DNA of 64,000 nucleotides from NCBI GenBank assembly GCA_009778575.1, contig WRJJ01000002.1, positions 1,821 through 65,820 of the forward strand. The letters are read 5' to 3'. The notes under the pieces were generated by a model that saw only the letters and a program-made list of their open reading frames with translations, was not told the origin of the DNA and searched no databases. This document shows positions 1 to 8,563 of the stretch, one piece after another; positions within the stretch are counted from its first letter, which is position 1; every line of letters starts with the position of its first letter. The DNA comes from Methanomassiliicoccaceae archaeon (lineage in GTDB: Archaea; Thermoplasmatota; Thermoplasmata; Methanomassiliicoccales; Methanomethylophilaceae). The position numbers and the translations under genes were made by a program.

Positions 1-391
1 ATATGGCACAATAAAAACTGGATTTTGTTTAGAATGTCCCTTTAGCGAAAAATGTGATGTGTGCATACTCTTTACAAAAGATCGCAAAATCTTTCCTGAA
101 ATTGTAGAGAGTTGTGAGTTATACTACAGTAAACTAGTTAAGATTTCGAAGAAAATTATTAACAAGGACATTGAATTTAAGTTCAGACAAGAACTATCCT
201 TAATAAAAAGGGGAGATTGTTTAGTCGTATTAGAGGAAGGGAAAAAAGAAATCGAGATGTGTGTTAATTGTGAACTTCACTTTTCAAAATCAAGTGAAGC
301 ATATTATAATTACAGCGATCTGCCCATCGGAGAAGGCAACATTCTGAAACTACTACTAAATGACATTATCAGAATAAGATGCAAGGACTGA
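1..391 (+). CDS. 3' part of a Cys-rich hypothetical ORF, open to the left window edge
   Basis: The ORF-track start at 59 is a GTG. The same frame read back to base 2 has no stop, so the gene probably starts outside the window. The upstream residues read GFCLECPFSEKCDVC (C-x2-C-x5-C-x2-C), with another Cys 17 aa later. The region is visibly AT-rich compared with its neighbours. Stop is TGA at 389-391. Confidence 0.35.
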   Translation, partial: YGTIKTGFCLECPFSEKCDVCILFTKDRKIFPEIVESCELYYSKLVKISKKIINKDIEFKFRQELSLIKRGDCLVVLEEGKKEIEMCVNCELHFSKSSEAYYNYSDLPIGEGNILKLLLNDIIRIRCKD

Positions 392-518
392 TTAAGTCGA
401 ATAAAGAGGCCCATATCCTCTCCCATCAATCTCTCCTTTTCTGTGGTTTGGTCCGATGACTGAAGCGAAAACTCCTGAAAGCCCCATGCTCACTTATTAC
501 GCAAAGTTAGTGTTAAAC

Positions 519-1463
519 TCATTCGCTTTTTACCGATACTCTTACTCCTTCCACGCCTGTCCTGACGACGAACGGAGAACCCCCGTGAGAGGAGATGGCA
601 TCGCAGACCTTGTCCGGTGTGTCGGTGAGCACCACCATGCTTCCGCCGCCGCCCGCACCCGTGAGCTTGGCGCCGTATGCGTAAGGAAGAGAGGCCTTGA
701 CAAGTTTGTTCAGTTCGTTCGACGATACTCCGAGTATCGATAGCAGTTTGTGATCTTTGGTCATAAGTTCTCCGAGGCCCACTATGTCATTGTTCCTCAG
801 AGCGTTCATCCCTTCCAGGGTTATCTTCCCTATGTCATCCACGATGTCCGCCGCGAAACCGTTGCTGTCCTTGTACTTCCTGACCTTCTCCACAAGGGGG
901 CCGGTGGCCGCCCTGACCCCGGTGTTGCCGATGACGAAGGTCATTGACGGTACGTTGATCTTTGATATGTTCCAGGTATGTTCGTTCTTGGTTATCTCCC
1001 AGAGAAGTTCATCCTTTTCGCACTGTGCGTTCAAAGCTATGCCGTAGCCGTGGGCGGAAGCGGACGTATCCATCGGGCTGCCCCTTCCCTGGCTGAAGTA
1101 CTCCGCTTCGAAAGCCTCTTTTGCGATCTCGCTCTCATCCAGCGATCCTCCGCAGAGGGAGCGCATAGCGGCCGAGAAGGCCACCGAAAGAGCGGCGGAC
1201 GAACCCAGCCCGGAGCCTGTGGGTATCTTGCTGTCCATGTGCACAGAAACGGGGAGCATGTCGTTCTTACCCAGAATATACTTCAAGTGCGGGTTCGCCC
1301 TTATATCCGCCGCTTCGTTGTTTATCTTGAACTCGTTGTCCCTTCTCACGCTCATATAGAATCTTTTGTTTATGGCGAGAGCTATCGCGGGCTTGCCGTA
1401 AACTACCGCATGCTCACCCAATATGACGAATTTGCCGGGGGCGGAAACGGAGATCTCGTTCAT
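519..1463 (-). CDS. mvk: mevalonate kinase
   Basis: 314 aa. It has the GHMP-kinase motifs GKFVILGEHAVVYG, GSGLGSSAA and KLTGAGGGGS. The start overlaps the upstream stop (ATGA). Confidence 0.9.
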   Translation of the reverse strand: MNEISVSAPGKFVILGEHAVVYGKPAIALAINKRFYMSVRRDNEFKINNEAADIRANPHLKYILGKNDMLPVSVHMDSKIPTGSGLGSSAALSVAFSAAMRSLCGGSLDESEIAKEAFEAEYFSQGRGSPMDTSASAHGYGIALNAQCEKDELLWEITKNEHTWNISKINVPSMTFVIGNTGVRAATGPLVEKVRKYKDSNGFAADIVDDIGKITLEGMNALRNNDIVGLGELMTKDHKLLSILGVSSNELNKLVKASLPYAYGAKLTGAGGGGSMVVLTDTPDKVCDAISSHGGSPFVVRTGVEGVRVSVKSE

Positions 1464-1987
1464 TCTGTCAGGCCGTATTTGGATAGAGTTTCTATTATGG
1501 CGTCGTTCGGTGTCCTTTTATCCAGCAGAGGCTGGGGTATGTCCCACCACTGTTCTTCGAACTCCTCGATCGCCATCCCGTATGCCTCATCATCGGGGAA
1601 ATCGTCTCTGTTGATCTCCAAGAGCGCATGCAGGTGCTCTTTGAAGAGGTCCACTTTGTATTTCTTGTTGGTGAGAGATGCTCCGAGATACATATCGAAG
1701 CAGTACGAGATCTCCAGCCCCACGTCCTCCGGGGCAGAGTCGCTTATCATATCCAGCACGCCGTTCGCCGTCATGCTGAAGATCATCTTCCGCTTTGCTT
1801 CCTCCGGAATATCCATTTTCTCTATCTCCGCCAGCATCGTGTCGTACCAAAGGTCGCCGAGCGCGGCGACCCTGTTCGGGTTCTTATCATAAAGCTGCTT
1901 CTGCAGCATCTCCTCATCGGAGATCTCCTCGTCATTCATTCCGAAAAGGTCTGCGTTGGGGTCGTCAAGGTTGATCCTGTCTGTCAT
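1460..1987 (-). CDS. hypothetical acidic protein co-transcribed with mvk
   Basis: 175 aa and rich in D/E. It is tightly packed between the aminotransferase stop (1989) and the mvk start (4-nt overlap). I recognise no motif. Confidence 0.6.
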   Translation of the reverse strand: MTDRINLDDPNADLFGMNDEEISDEEMLQKQLYDKNPNRVAALGDLWYDTMLAEIEKMDIPEEAKRKMIFSMTANGVLDMISDSAPEDVGLEISYCFDMYLGASLTNKKYKVDLFKEHLHALLEINRDDFPDDEAYGMAIEEFEEQWWDIPQPLLDKRTPNDAIIETLSKYGLTE

Positions 1988-1988
1988 T

Positions 1989-3119
1989 TCATCTGCTCCT
2001 CAGTTTACCTATAGTATCTGCAAGTATATCCATCCCTGCATCTATCTTTTTCTCATCCGCGGCATATGAGAACCGCAGGTGGCCTTCCCCGTATTTTCCG
2101 AAAGAGGACCCGGGGGTGCATATGAGGCCGTTCTTGGCAAGCTCGCCGGCAAGGTCCTCCGAGCTGATGTTGAGGTCGTATGAAGGGAAAGCATAGAATG
2201 AGCCTCTGGGAGGAGTAATGGTCATGCCGTCGATCTCGTTGATCCGCTTTGAAATCAGGTCCCTTCTGGCTCTGAACACCCTGCGGGCGTTCTCAAGATA
2301 GCTTTCCATGACCGGCAGCGCGTTCAGTATGCCGTATTGCGCCGGCATATTCGGGCTGGCGCACACATGGTACTGCATCTTGATGAGATCGTTCATCACT
2401 TCTTTGTTCGAACAGATCAGCCCCATCCTCCAGCCGGTGACCGCCATCATCTTGGAGAAGCCGTTGATGACGACCGCTTTGTCAAGACGGTTCATGAAAG
2501 AGTGATGCTTTCCTTCGTAAATGTAGGCGTCGTAGACCTCATCCGAGAGTATCATGATGTTATGGTCCTCCGCAAGGTCCAGAAGCGCTTTGTATGTTCT
2601 CTCGTCAAGGACCCCGCCGGTGGGGTTCGAAGGGCTGTTGACGACCATCATTTTTGTCTTCTTTGTGATCAGCGTTTTTATGTCTTCGATATCCGGGAGG
2701 AAATCTCCCTCGGTAAGCTTGTATTCCAAAGGTCTGCCGCCGGCCAGCTGGGTGTGGGGAGAATAGATGACAAAGCCCGGACTGGGGACGAGCACTTCAT
2801 CTCCCGGGTCCACGAAGGCCTGGGTGGCCTCCAGAAGGGCCGAAGAGCCGCTGGGGGTTATCATGATGTTGTCAGCCGAAAGGCTGCCGTATCTCGAGAA
2901 CCATTCGGCGACCTTGTTCCTGAGTTCGGGAATGCCGGCGGTGGGCCCGTATTTGTTCAGCCCGTCGCTCGCAGCCTTATTCATCCCTTCGACTGCCTCT
3001 TTCGGCGGAGCGAGGTCCGGCTCCCCAAGACCTAGATTAATGGAATTGGGACCTGCGAGATCGAACATCTTCCTTATGCCTGACATCGGGATGGACCCAA
3101 GCCTGTCTGATATCTTCAT
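1989..3119 (-). CDS. class I/II PLP-dependent aminotransferase (aspartate aminotransferase-like)
   Basis: 376 aa. It carries the SPSNPTG motif and the PLP-lysine context NGFSKMMAVTGWRMG. Confidence 0.85.
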   Translation of the reverse strand: MKISDRLGSIPMSGIRKMFDLAGPNSINLGLGEPDLAPPKEAVEGMNKAASDGLNKYGPTAGIPELRNKVAEWFSRYGSLSADNIMITPSGSSALLEATQAFVDPGDEVLVPSPGFVIYSPHTQLAGGRPLEYKLTEGDFLPDIEDIKTLITKKTKMMVVNSPSNPTGGVLDERTYKALLDLAEDHNIMILSDEVYDAYIYEGKHHSFMNRLDKAVVINGFSKMMAVTGWRMGLICSNKEVMNDLIKMQYHVCASPNMPAQYGILNALPVMESYLENARRVFRARRDLISKRINEIDGMTITPPRGSFYAFPSYDLNISSEDLAGELAKNGLICTPGSSFGKYGEGHLRFSYAADEKKIDAGMDILADTIGKLRSR

Positions 3120-3243
3120 AAGGATGCATCGACTGTCTATTATATTGATTTTTTTTGTAATTTGTTGTTTATTGTTTGATGCCCATCGTTCACCGTCCCG
3201 ACCCGGGCAGCCAACGCGCTTTGGTCACAATTATTAACTGTTT

Positions 3244-3663
3244 GTGCAATATACCGTTATGATCAAGGTCGAAAGGTATGTGTGGACCATTCTTGACATC
3301 ATCGGGATGGTCCTGCTGATAGTAGGGGTTCTCGGGGTGATAGACATTCTATCTATCGGCACAGACACTTCGATCAAAGTTATGGCTGCAGGAATAGTGC
3401 TGATCGTTGTCTCATCGATCTTCATTCAGATCGAAGGAATGAGGCTCCGGAGGGAGCACGACGAGTTCCGGCGGTTTGATGAGATAAGAGAGAAAGCGCG
3501 TCTGGTGCCGAACGATCTCGATGAAGGATATCTTATCGATTACACTGCGGAACCCGGCAGCGCGATCGATTACAAAGAGAACGAGCCCCCGAACGAAACG
3601 GAGTTCGCGGAGCAGAACGAGGATGCCTCTGACGGGGACATCCTCATAGTGTATGCGAGCTAA
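3244..3663 (+). CDS. small membrane protein, hypothetical
   Basis: 139 aa with two N-terminal hydrophobic helices followed by an acidic tail. The ORF-track start is a GTG, and the ATG at 3259 is more likely. Confidence 0.5.
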   Translation: MQYTVMIKVERYVWTILDIIGMVLLIVGVLGVIDILSIGTDTSIKVMAAGIVLIVVSSIFIQIEGMRLRREHDEFRRFDEIREKARLVPNDLDEGYLIDYTAEPGSAIDYKENEPPNETEFAEQNEDASDGDILIVYAS

Positions 3664-3671
3664 GGTGCCAT

Positions 3672-4826
3672 ATGTCCGGGAAGAAAGCTTTGAACGGCGA
3701 CATGCTCTACCTGATATTCGACACCGCGAATATGCACAGGTGGAACGACCACCTCCGGACGGTGGACCTCACGGAGCTTGACAAACAGGCACACAAGGCC
3801 GCCATCGCATGGGTGCTCGGAAAATATGAAGAGACGGAAGGCGGGGCAAAGCTTGATTGGAGGAAGCTTATAGAACATTCTTTGTTCTCTTTTATCCAGA
3901 GATCAGTAATGACCGATCTGAAGCCTCAGGTATTCCACAGGATAATCTCCGAGAGGGCTGAGGAGGTCAACAGATATGTGCTCAGCTGTTTTGATTCGAA
4001 CGTGCCTGACACCGACCCCGGATTCAGGTCCAAACTGGAAGATTATCTCAGTTCCGACAAGAGATCGAAAGAGGATGACATCATCAGAGCGGCCCACTAT
4101 CTTGCTACGAAATGGGAGTTCAAGACCGTATACGAGGCTAACCGCTCCATGTACGGGATAGAGAACACTAAAAAAGAGATCGAGGAGCAGATCCTGCAGC
4201 ACCTGGACCTGATAGGCGTCAAGAAACAGATGGATGACGAGAACACCTTTGACTTTATCGATCTCATAGGGCAGCTCAGGTTCCAGCAGAGATGGGCAAG
4301 GACCCCCCGCATACCCAAGACGACCGTTCTCGGCCACTCCCTCATGGTGGCGAACATGATCTTCCTTAATGATTTTGACAGGAACGCAGACGGCAGACAG
4401 GTCTACAACAACTTCTACACCGCATTGTTCCATGACCTTCCGGAGGTCCTGACGAAGGATGTGATAACTCCCATCAAAGCGAACGTCGACGGTCTGGCAC
4501 ATCTTTTGGAGTCGTATGAGAGGGAGCTGGTCCAATCAAAGATAATGCCGCTTGTCCCGAGTTCGTGGCATGAGGAGATCGAGTTCATGGTCTTTGATCC
4601 ATTCAGAGATGAGGATGATGAGAAGTTCGGGAAAAGGACAGGCAGGGACATAAAGTCCTGCGATCTGATGGCCGCGTACATAGAAGCGAAAGCATCGGTA
4701 AGCTACGGCATATCATCGAAGCCTCTGGAAGACGGCGTGAGGGAGCTTAGGAAGAAACTCAAAGGCACGGGCTCAGGCATAGGGGCTGACAGGCTCCTTG
4801 AGCAACTGGATCGGGTCCTGAAGTGA
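3672..4826 (+). CDS. HD-domain hydrolase (YfbR-like 5'-nucleotidase fold) with a degenerate N-terminal copy
   Basis: 384 aa. The C-terminal half has RWARTPRIPKTTVLGHSLMV ... ALFHDLPEVLTKDVITPIK, which is the H...HD...D pattern of YfbR-type HD proteins. The N-terminal half has a similar NMHRWNDHLRTVDLTELDKQAH segment without the HD dyad. Confidence 0.7.
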   Translation: MSGKKALNGDMLYLIFDTANMHRWNDHLRTVDLTELDKQAHKAAIAWVLGKYEETEGGAKLDWRKLIEHSLFSFIQRSVMTDLKPQVFHRIISERAEEVNRYVLSCFDSNVPDTDPGFRSKLEDYLSSDKRSKEDDIIRAAHYLATKWEFKTVYEANRSMYGIENTKKEIEEQILQHLDLIGVKKQMDDENTFDFIDLIGQLRFQQRWARTPRIPKTTVLGHSLMVANMIFLNDFDRNADGRQVYNNFYTALFHDLPEVLTKDVITPIKANVDGLAHLLESYERELVQSKIMPLVPSSWHEEIEFMVFDPFRDEDDEKFGKRTGRDIKSCDLMAAYIEAKASVSYGISSKPLEDGVRELRKKLKGTGSGIGADRLLEQLDRVLK

Positions 4827-4850
4827 TCCCGCCTCTGTTTTGAACATTGT

Positions 4851-6116
4851 TCAGTCTCTGAGACAGCTTATAGACACGACCGCCACTCCATCCGGCCTTC
4901 TGTAGCTGAACTGCCCCGCCGTGAGTACCATGAGGAATGATGGCTGCTTCATGTATTCCGTGTCTATTTTGTCGCGCAGCCTTAGGAGATTCTTTGCCCC
5001 CTCGTCTACGTGGTGATCCCCCAGTTTCACTTCCACAGCACCCCACTTCCCTCCGGGAAGTTCTATGATGATGTCCACCTCTTTTCCATTATTATCATTG
5101 AAATAACTGACGTGCCCTTCCAATGGCTGGGAGTAAATGCGAAGGTCTCTGACGCACAAGGACTCGAACATAAGTCCGAATGCGTTGTAGTCCATAAGGA
5201 GTGCGTCGGAGGACACTTTCAGGGCAGCAGCAGCGATAGAGGGGTCGGTAAAGTGCCATTTTGGCGTTTTCATCAATCTTGTTTTCGAGCGTATATGCGG
5301 ATTCCAGGCGGGGAGGTTCTCTATCAAAAATATTTCTTCCATTGCTCTAAGGTATTTTGTGAGGGTTATATCCGATATATTGCCATCGATGCCGTTGACG
5401 TCCCTGCGGACCGTTTCTCTGCTGGCGGGTGTGGAGATGTTGCGAGAGATGGATTCTATTATTCTTCTGACCAAAGGAGGGTCTTTTCTTACCCCCTCCG
5501 GGCGGAGCAGGTCGGAGTTCACTATGGCACTGACGTATTGTGATGCAATCCTTGTTGCATTCTCGTAAGTTTCGTTGATGCTCCTCGGCCACCCTCCTCT
5601 TGTGATGGCAAAGGCTATTTTATCAAGCTTTACTTCTGTGTAGCCGTCAACAACGTACTTCGGATCGAAAAGACCGCTCAGCGATACATGACCGGTTGAT
5701 TCTCCCGATTCGAAGAGGCTCATCGGGCGCATCGTGATCCGAGCTATTCTCCCTGCACCGGAGTGTACTACCGAGTCTTTTGGAGGGCTTGAAGAACCGG
5801 TCAATATGAATTGTCCTTTTTCACTGCGATGGTCGACCTCGAACCTAACAGCATCCCATATCTCCGGAACCTCCTGCCACTCATCTATAAGCCGAGGTGT
5901 GTCGCCTTCAAGAAATTTATTCAAACCGCTGCCTATAGATGTTTTAACGATCTCGATCTGTTTTTTACTGTCAAGGCGCAATATGCTTCCTGCGATCTCT
6001 TCAGACGTCCTTGTCTTCCCGCACCATTTTGGACCCTCAATTAGTACGGCACCCATGGCTTCTAAATACTCTTTGATATATGAATCCAATATGCGTTTCA
6101 GATATGTGCCTGGCAT
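4851..6116 (-). CDS. AAA-type ATPase with DUF4143-like C-terminal domain
   Basis: 421 aa with Walker A GPKWCGKT. Length and layout are typical of COG1373-type ATPases. Its GC looks lower than that of the flanking core genes. Confidence 0.75.
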   Translation of the reverse strand: MPGTYLKRILDSYIKEYLEAMGAVLIEGPKWCGKTRTSEEIAGSILRLDSKKQIEIVKTSIGSGLNKFLEGDTPRLIDEWQEVPEIWDAVRFEVDHRSEKGQFILTGSSSPPKDSVVHSGAGRIARITMRPMSLFESGESTGHVSLSGLFDPKYVVDGYTEVKLDKIAFAITRGGWPRSINETYENATRIASQYVSAIVNSDLLRPEGVRKDPPLVRRIIESISRNISTPASRETVRRDVNGIDGNISDITLTKYLRAMEEIFLIENLPAWNPHIRSKTRLMKTPKWHFTDPSIAAAALKVSSDALLMDYNAFGLMFESLCVRDLRIYSQPLEGHVSYFNDNNGKEVDIIIELPGGKWGAVEVKLGDHHVDEGAKNLLRLRDKIDTEYMKQPSFLMVLTAGQFSYRRPDGVAVVSISCLRD

Positions 6117-6152
6117 AATAACAATAATGGACAGGAAGTAGAAATAATTATT

Positions 6153-6520
6153 GGAATTGTCTAACTTTTTCTATAGGAATTGTCTAACTTTTTCTATAGG
6201 AATTGTCTAACTTTTTCTATAGGAATTGTCTAACTTTTTCTATAGGAATTGTCTAACTTTTTCTATAGGAATTGTCTAACTTTTTCTATAGGAATTGTCT
6301 AACTTTTTCTATAGGAATTGTCTAACTTTTTCTATAGGAATTGTCTAACTTTTTCTATAGGAATTGTCTAACTTTTTCTATAGGAATTGTCTAACTTTTT
6401 CTATAGGAATTGTCTAACTTTTTCTATAGGAATTGTCTAACTTTTTCTATAGGAATTGTCTAACTTTTTTCGTAGGAAATTCCTAATTTTTCCGGGAGAT
6501 AGTCTAAACGTTATTGGAAA
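6153..6520. repeat. 23-bp tandem repeat array: 13 perfect copies (6153-6451) plus 3 degenerating copies
   Basis: The unit GGAATTGTCTAACTTTTTCTATA recurs head-to-tail at 6153, 6176, 6199 ... 6429. Copies at 6452, 6475 and 6498 are progressively diverged. There are no spacers. Confidence 0.97.
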
Positions 6521-6535
6521 AAAGAACCCCTATGA

Positions 6536-7798
6536 TCAGCCTATGATCTCTTTCCCGCCCATGTACTTCCTGAGGACTTCCGGTACTGTGACCGTGCCGT
6601 CCTCATTCTGATAGTTCTCCAGAATGGCTGCCATCGTCCTCGGCAGGGCCAGTCCGGAGCCGTTCAGGGTGTGGATGAACTCGCTTTTCAGGTGGGGTTC
6701 CGGCCTGAACTTTATGCGCGCCCTCCTTGCCTGGAAGTCCGTGAAGTTAGAACACGAGGAGGCTTCCAGCCATACGTCGTTCGCGGGAGCGTGAAGCTCT
6801 ATATCGTAGCATTTGGAGCAGGCGAAGCTCATGTCGCCGGTGCAAAGCAGCAGGACGCGGTATGGAAGGCCCAGCGCGGCAATGATCTCCTCCGCATCGC
6901 CTCTGAGCACCTCAAGCACGTCGTAGGAGGTGTCCGGGTGTACGAAACGAACCATCTCCACTTTGTTGAACTCGTGAACCCTGATTATTCCCTTCGTGTC
7001 GGCGTGCTTCCCCACCTCTCTTCTGAAAGATGGAAGATACGCTGTGTAGAGGATGGGAAGCTGATCCTTCTCGAATATCTCATCCATGAAGAGGTTCGTG
7101 ATGGGAACCTCCGCGGTGGGGTTCAGGAACATCTCGTCCTTTTCCAGATAGTACATATCATCTTTCAGATTCGGGTACTGTCCGGTGCCGGTAAGGGCCG
7201 CTTTATTGACCACGACGGGAGGGAACACTTCGGTGTATCCCTGCTCGGCATGGGTGTCAAGGAAGAAGTTGATCAGCGCGCGCTCGAGGCGCGCGCCGTC
7301 TCCCTTCAAGCAGTAGAATCCGCTGCCGGCCACTTTCACGCCTCTGTCGAAATCGATTATGTCAAGGGCCTCGCCTATCTCCCAATGCTGTTTCGGTGTG
7401 AAATCGAACTTTCTTTTCTGTCCGTGTTCGAAGACGACCACATTCTCTGAGCTGTCCTTTCCTATGGGGACGGAGGCGTGGGGGATGTTGGGTATATTCA
7501 GTATGCAGTCGTCGCGGATGATCTCCAGATCCGCCATCCTGGCATCGTTGTTCTTTATCCTCTCTGCCACTTCCCGCATCTCGAGGACCTTGGCCTCTTT
7601 CTCTTCCCCTTTCATTTTCGGGATCTGCACAGAGACCTCGTTCCTTACTTTCCTCAGGCGGTTGTTCTCGTCGGTAAGCGATCTCCACTCGGAGTCGGAT
7701 GAGAGGAACCTGTCCAGTATCTCGGCGTCCTTGTTCCTGTTGATGAGCATCTGCCTGATCATTTCAGGCTGCGTCCTTATGGTGTTGACGTCAAGCAT
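6536..7798 (-). CDS. serS: seryl-tRNA synthetase
   Basis: 420 aa. It has an N-terminal coiled-coil arm and a class II core with LPSFRREVG and TLNGSGLALPRTMAAILE. Confidence 0.92.
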   Translation of the reverse strand: MLDVNTIRTQPEMIRQMLINRNKDAEILDRFLSSDSEWRSLTDENNRLRKVRNEVSVQIPKMKGEEKEAKVLEMREVAERIKNNDARMADLEIIRDDCILNIPNIPHASVPIGKDSSENVVVFEHGQKRKFDFTPKQHWEIGEALDIIDFDRGVKVAGSGFYCLKGDGARLERALINFFLDTHAEQGYTEVFPPVVVNKAALTGTGQYPNLKDDMYYLEKDEMFLNPTAEVPITNLFMDEIFEKDQLPILYTAYLPSFRREVGKHADTKGIIRVHEFNKVEMVRFVHPDTSYDVLEVLRGDAEEIIAALGLPYRVLLLCTGDMSFACSKCYDIELHAPANDVWLEASSCSNFTDFQARRARIKFRPEPHLKSEFIHTLNGSGLALPRTMAAILENYQNEDGTVTVPEVLRKYMGGKEIIG

Positions 7799-7807
7799 GC
7801 CCTCACC

Positions 7808-8101
7808 TCAGAATTTCTTTTGGCTCAGCGAGGTCCAGGTACGCTTGTCGGTGAGCACGACGACTCCGCCCCTGACATCCACTATGACGGAGTTCGTGGA
7901 TGAGGCAAGTTCTTCGGCAATGGTCTTTGGATCGCTATCTACAGTGCCCAGGATCTTGATCTTGATCAATCGGGCATTCTTCAGCTGAGCGGTTATCTCG
8001 TTCAGCAGACCTTCGTCTATCCCTTCCTTTCCCACGTGCACAGTGGGGCTGAGGTCGTTCGCACGCCTCATCAGTTCTTTCCTTGCTTCTTTCTCCGTCA
8101 T
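7808..8101 (-). CDS. YhbY/CRM-domain RNA-binding protein
   Basis: 97 aa with VHVGKEGIDEGLLNEI...ARLIKIKIL, typical of the YhbY family. It overlaps the upstream gene by 4 nt. Confidence 0.75.
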   Translation of the reverse strand: MTEKEARKELMRRANDLSPTVHVGKEGIDEGLLNEITAQLKNARLIKIKILGTVDSDPKTIAEELASSTNSVIVDVRGGVVVLTDKRTWTSLSQKKF

Positions 8102-8418
8102 TCTTCTCTCTCCTTTATGTAGGGCATTCTTTTAAGACCGCCGCAGTTCTGGCATCTTGTGACTATCTTTTTTGATGTGAGCCTCACCGTGCAGTTGGTC
8201 CCCGGGACCAGCGGCATCAGGCAATCCTTGCAGTATCTGAAGTCCCCCGGCATTTTCGCCTTGGTCTTCTTGCTTATCTTCCTCGCAAGCGAGACATATC
8301 TTACCGCGAGGTCTTCCCTGCCGTCCGCCAGCGCGCTCACCGACAGCTCGGTAAGTATCGAAATGCGTTCCTCGCCGATGCTGACGACCGCACTCTTGGA
8401 GATGCGCCTTTTCGACAT
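8098..8418 (-). CDS. rnp4: RNase P protein component 4 (Rpp21/Rpr2 zinc-ribbon subunit)
   Basis: 106 aa. An N-terminal helical region (RYVSLARKISKK) is followed by a CKDC...CQNC zinc ribbon. Confidence 0.8.
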   Translation of the reverse strand: MSKRRISKSAVVSIGEERISILTELSVSALADGREDLAVRYVSLARKISKKTKAKMPGDFRYCKDCLMPLVPGTNCTVRLTSKKIVTRCQNCGGLKRMPYIKEREE

Positions 8419-8563
8419 ATCACTTGATGTGAGTTAAGTCACGGATATAAAGATTATCTGTACGATGCGGCCGAAAGCGGCTCTCACACGGATCGTCCGC
8501 ACAGCCTCTCCGTCCCGCGCCGTATAGGAAAATTGAGAATAAACGGTTTCAGGGGTATTCTTT

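Noticed and set aside
6153-6520. Possible CRISPR array
   Set aside because: The 23-bp units are directly adjacent with no spacers. The unit is shorter than typical CRISPR repeats and no cas genes are nearby. I treat it as a tandem repeat.
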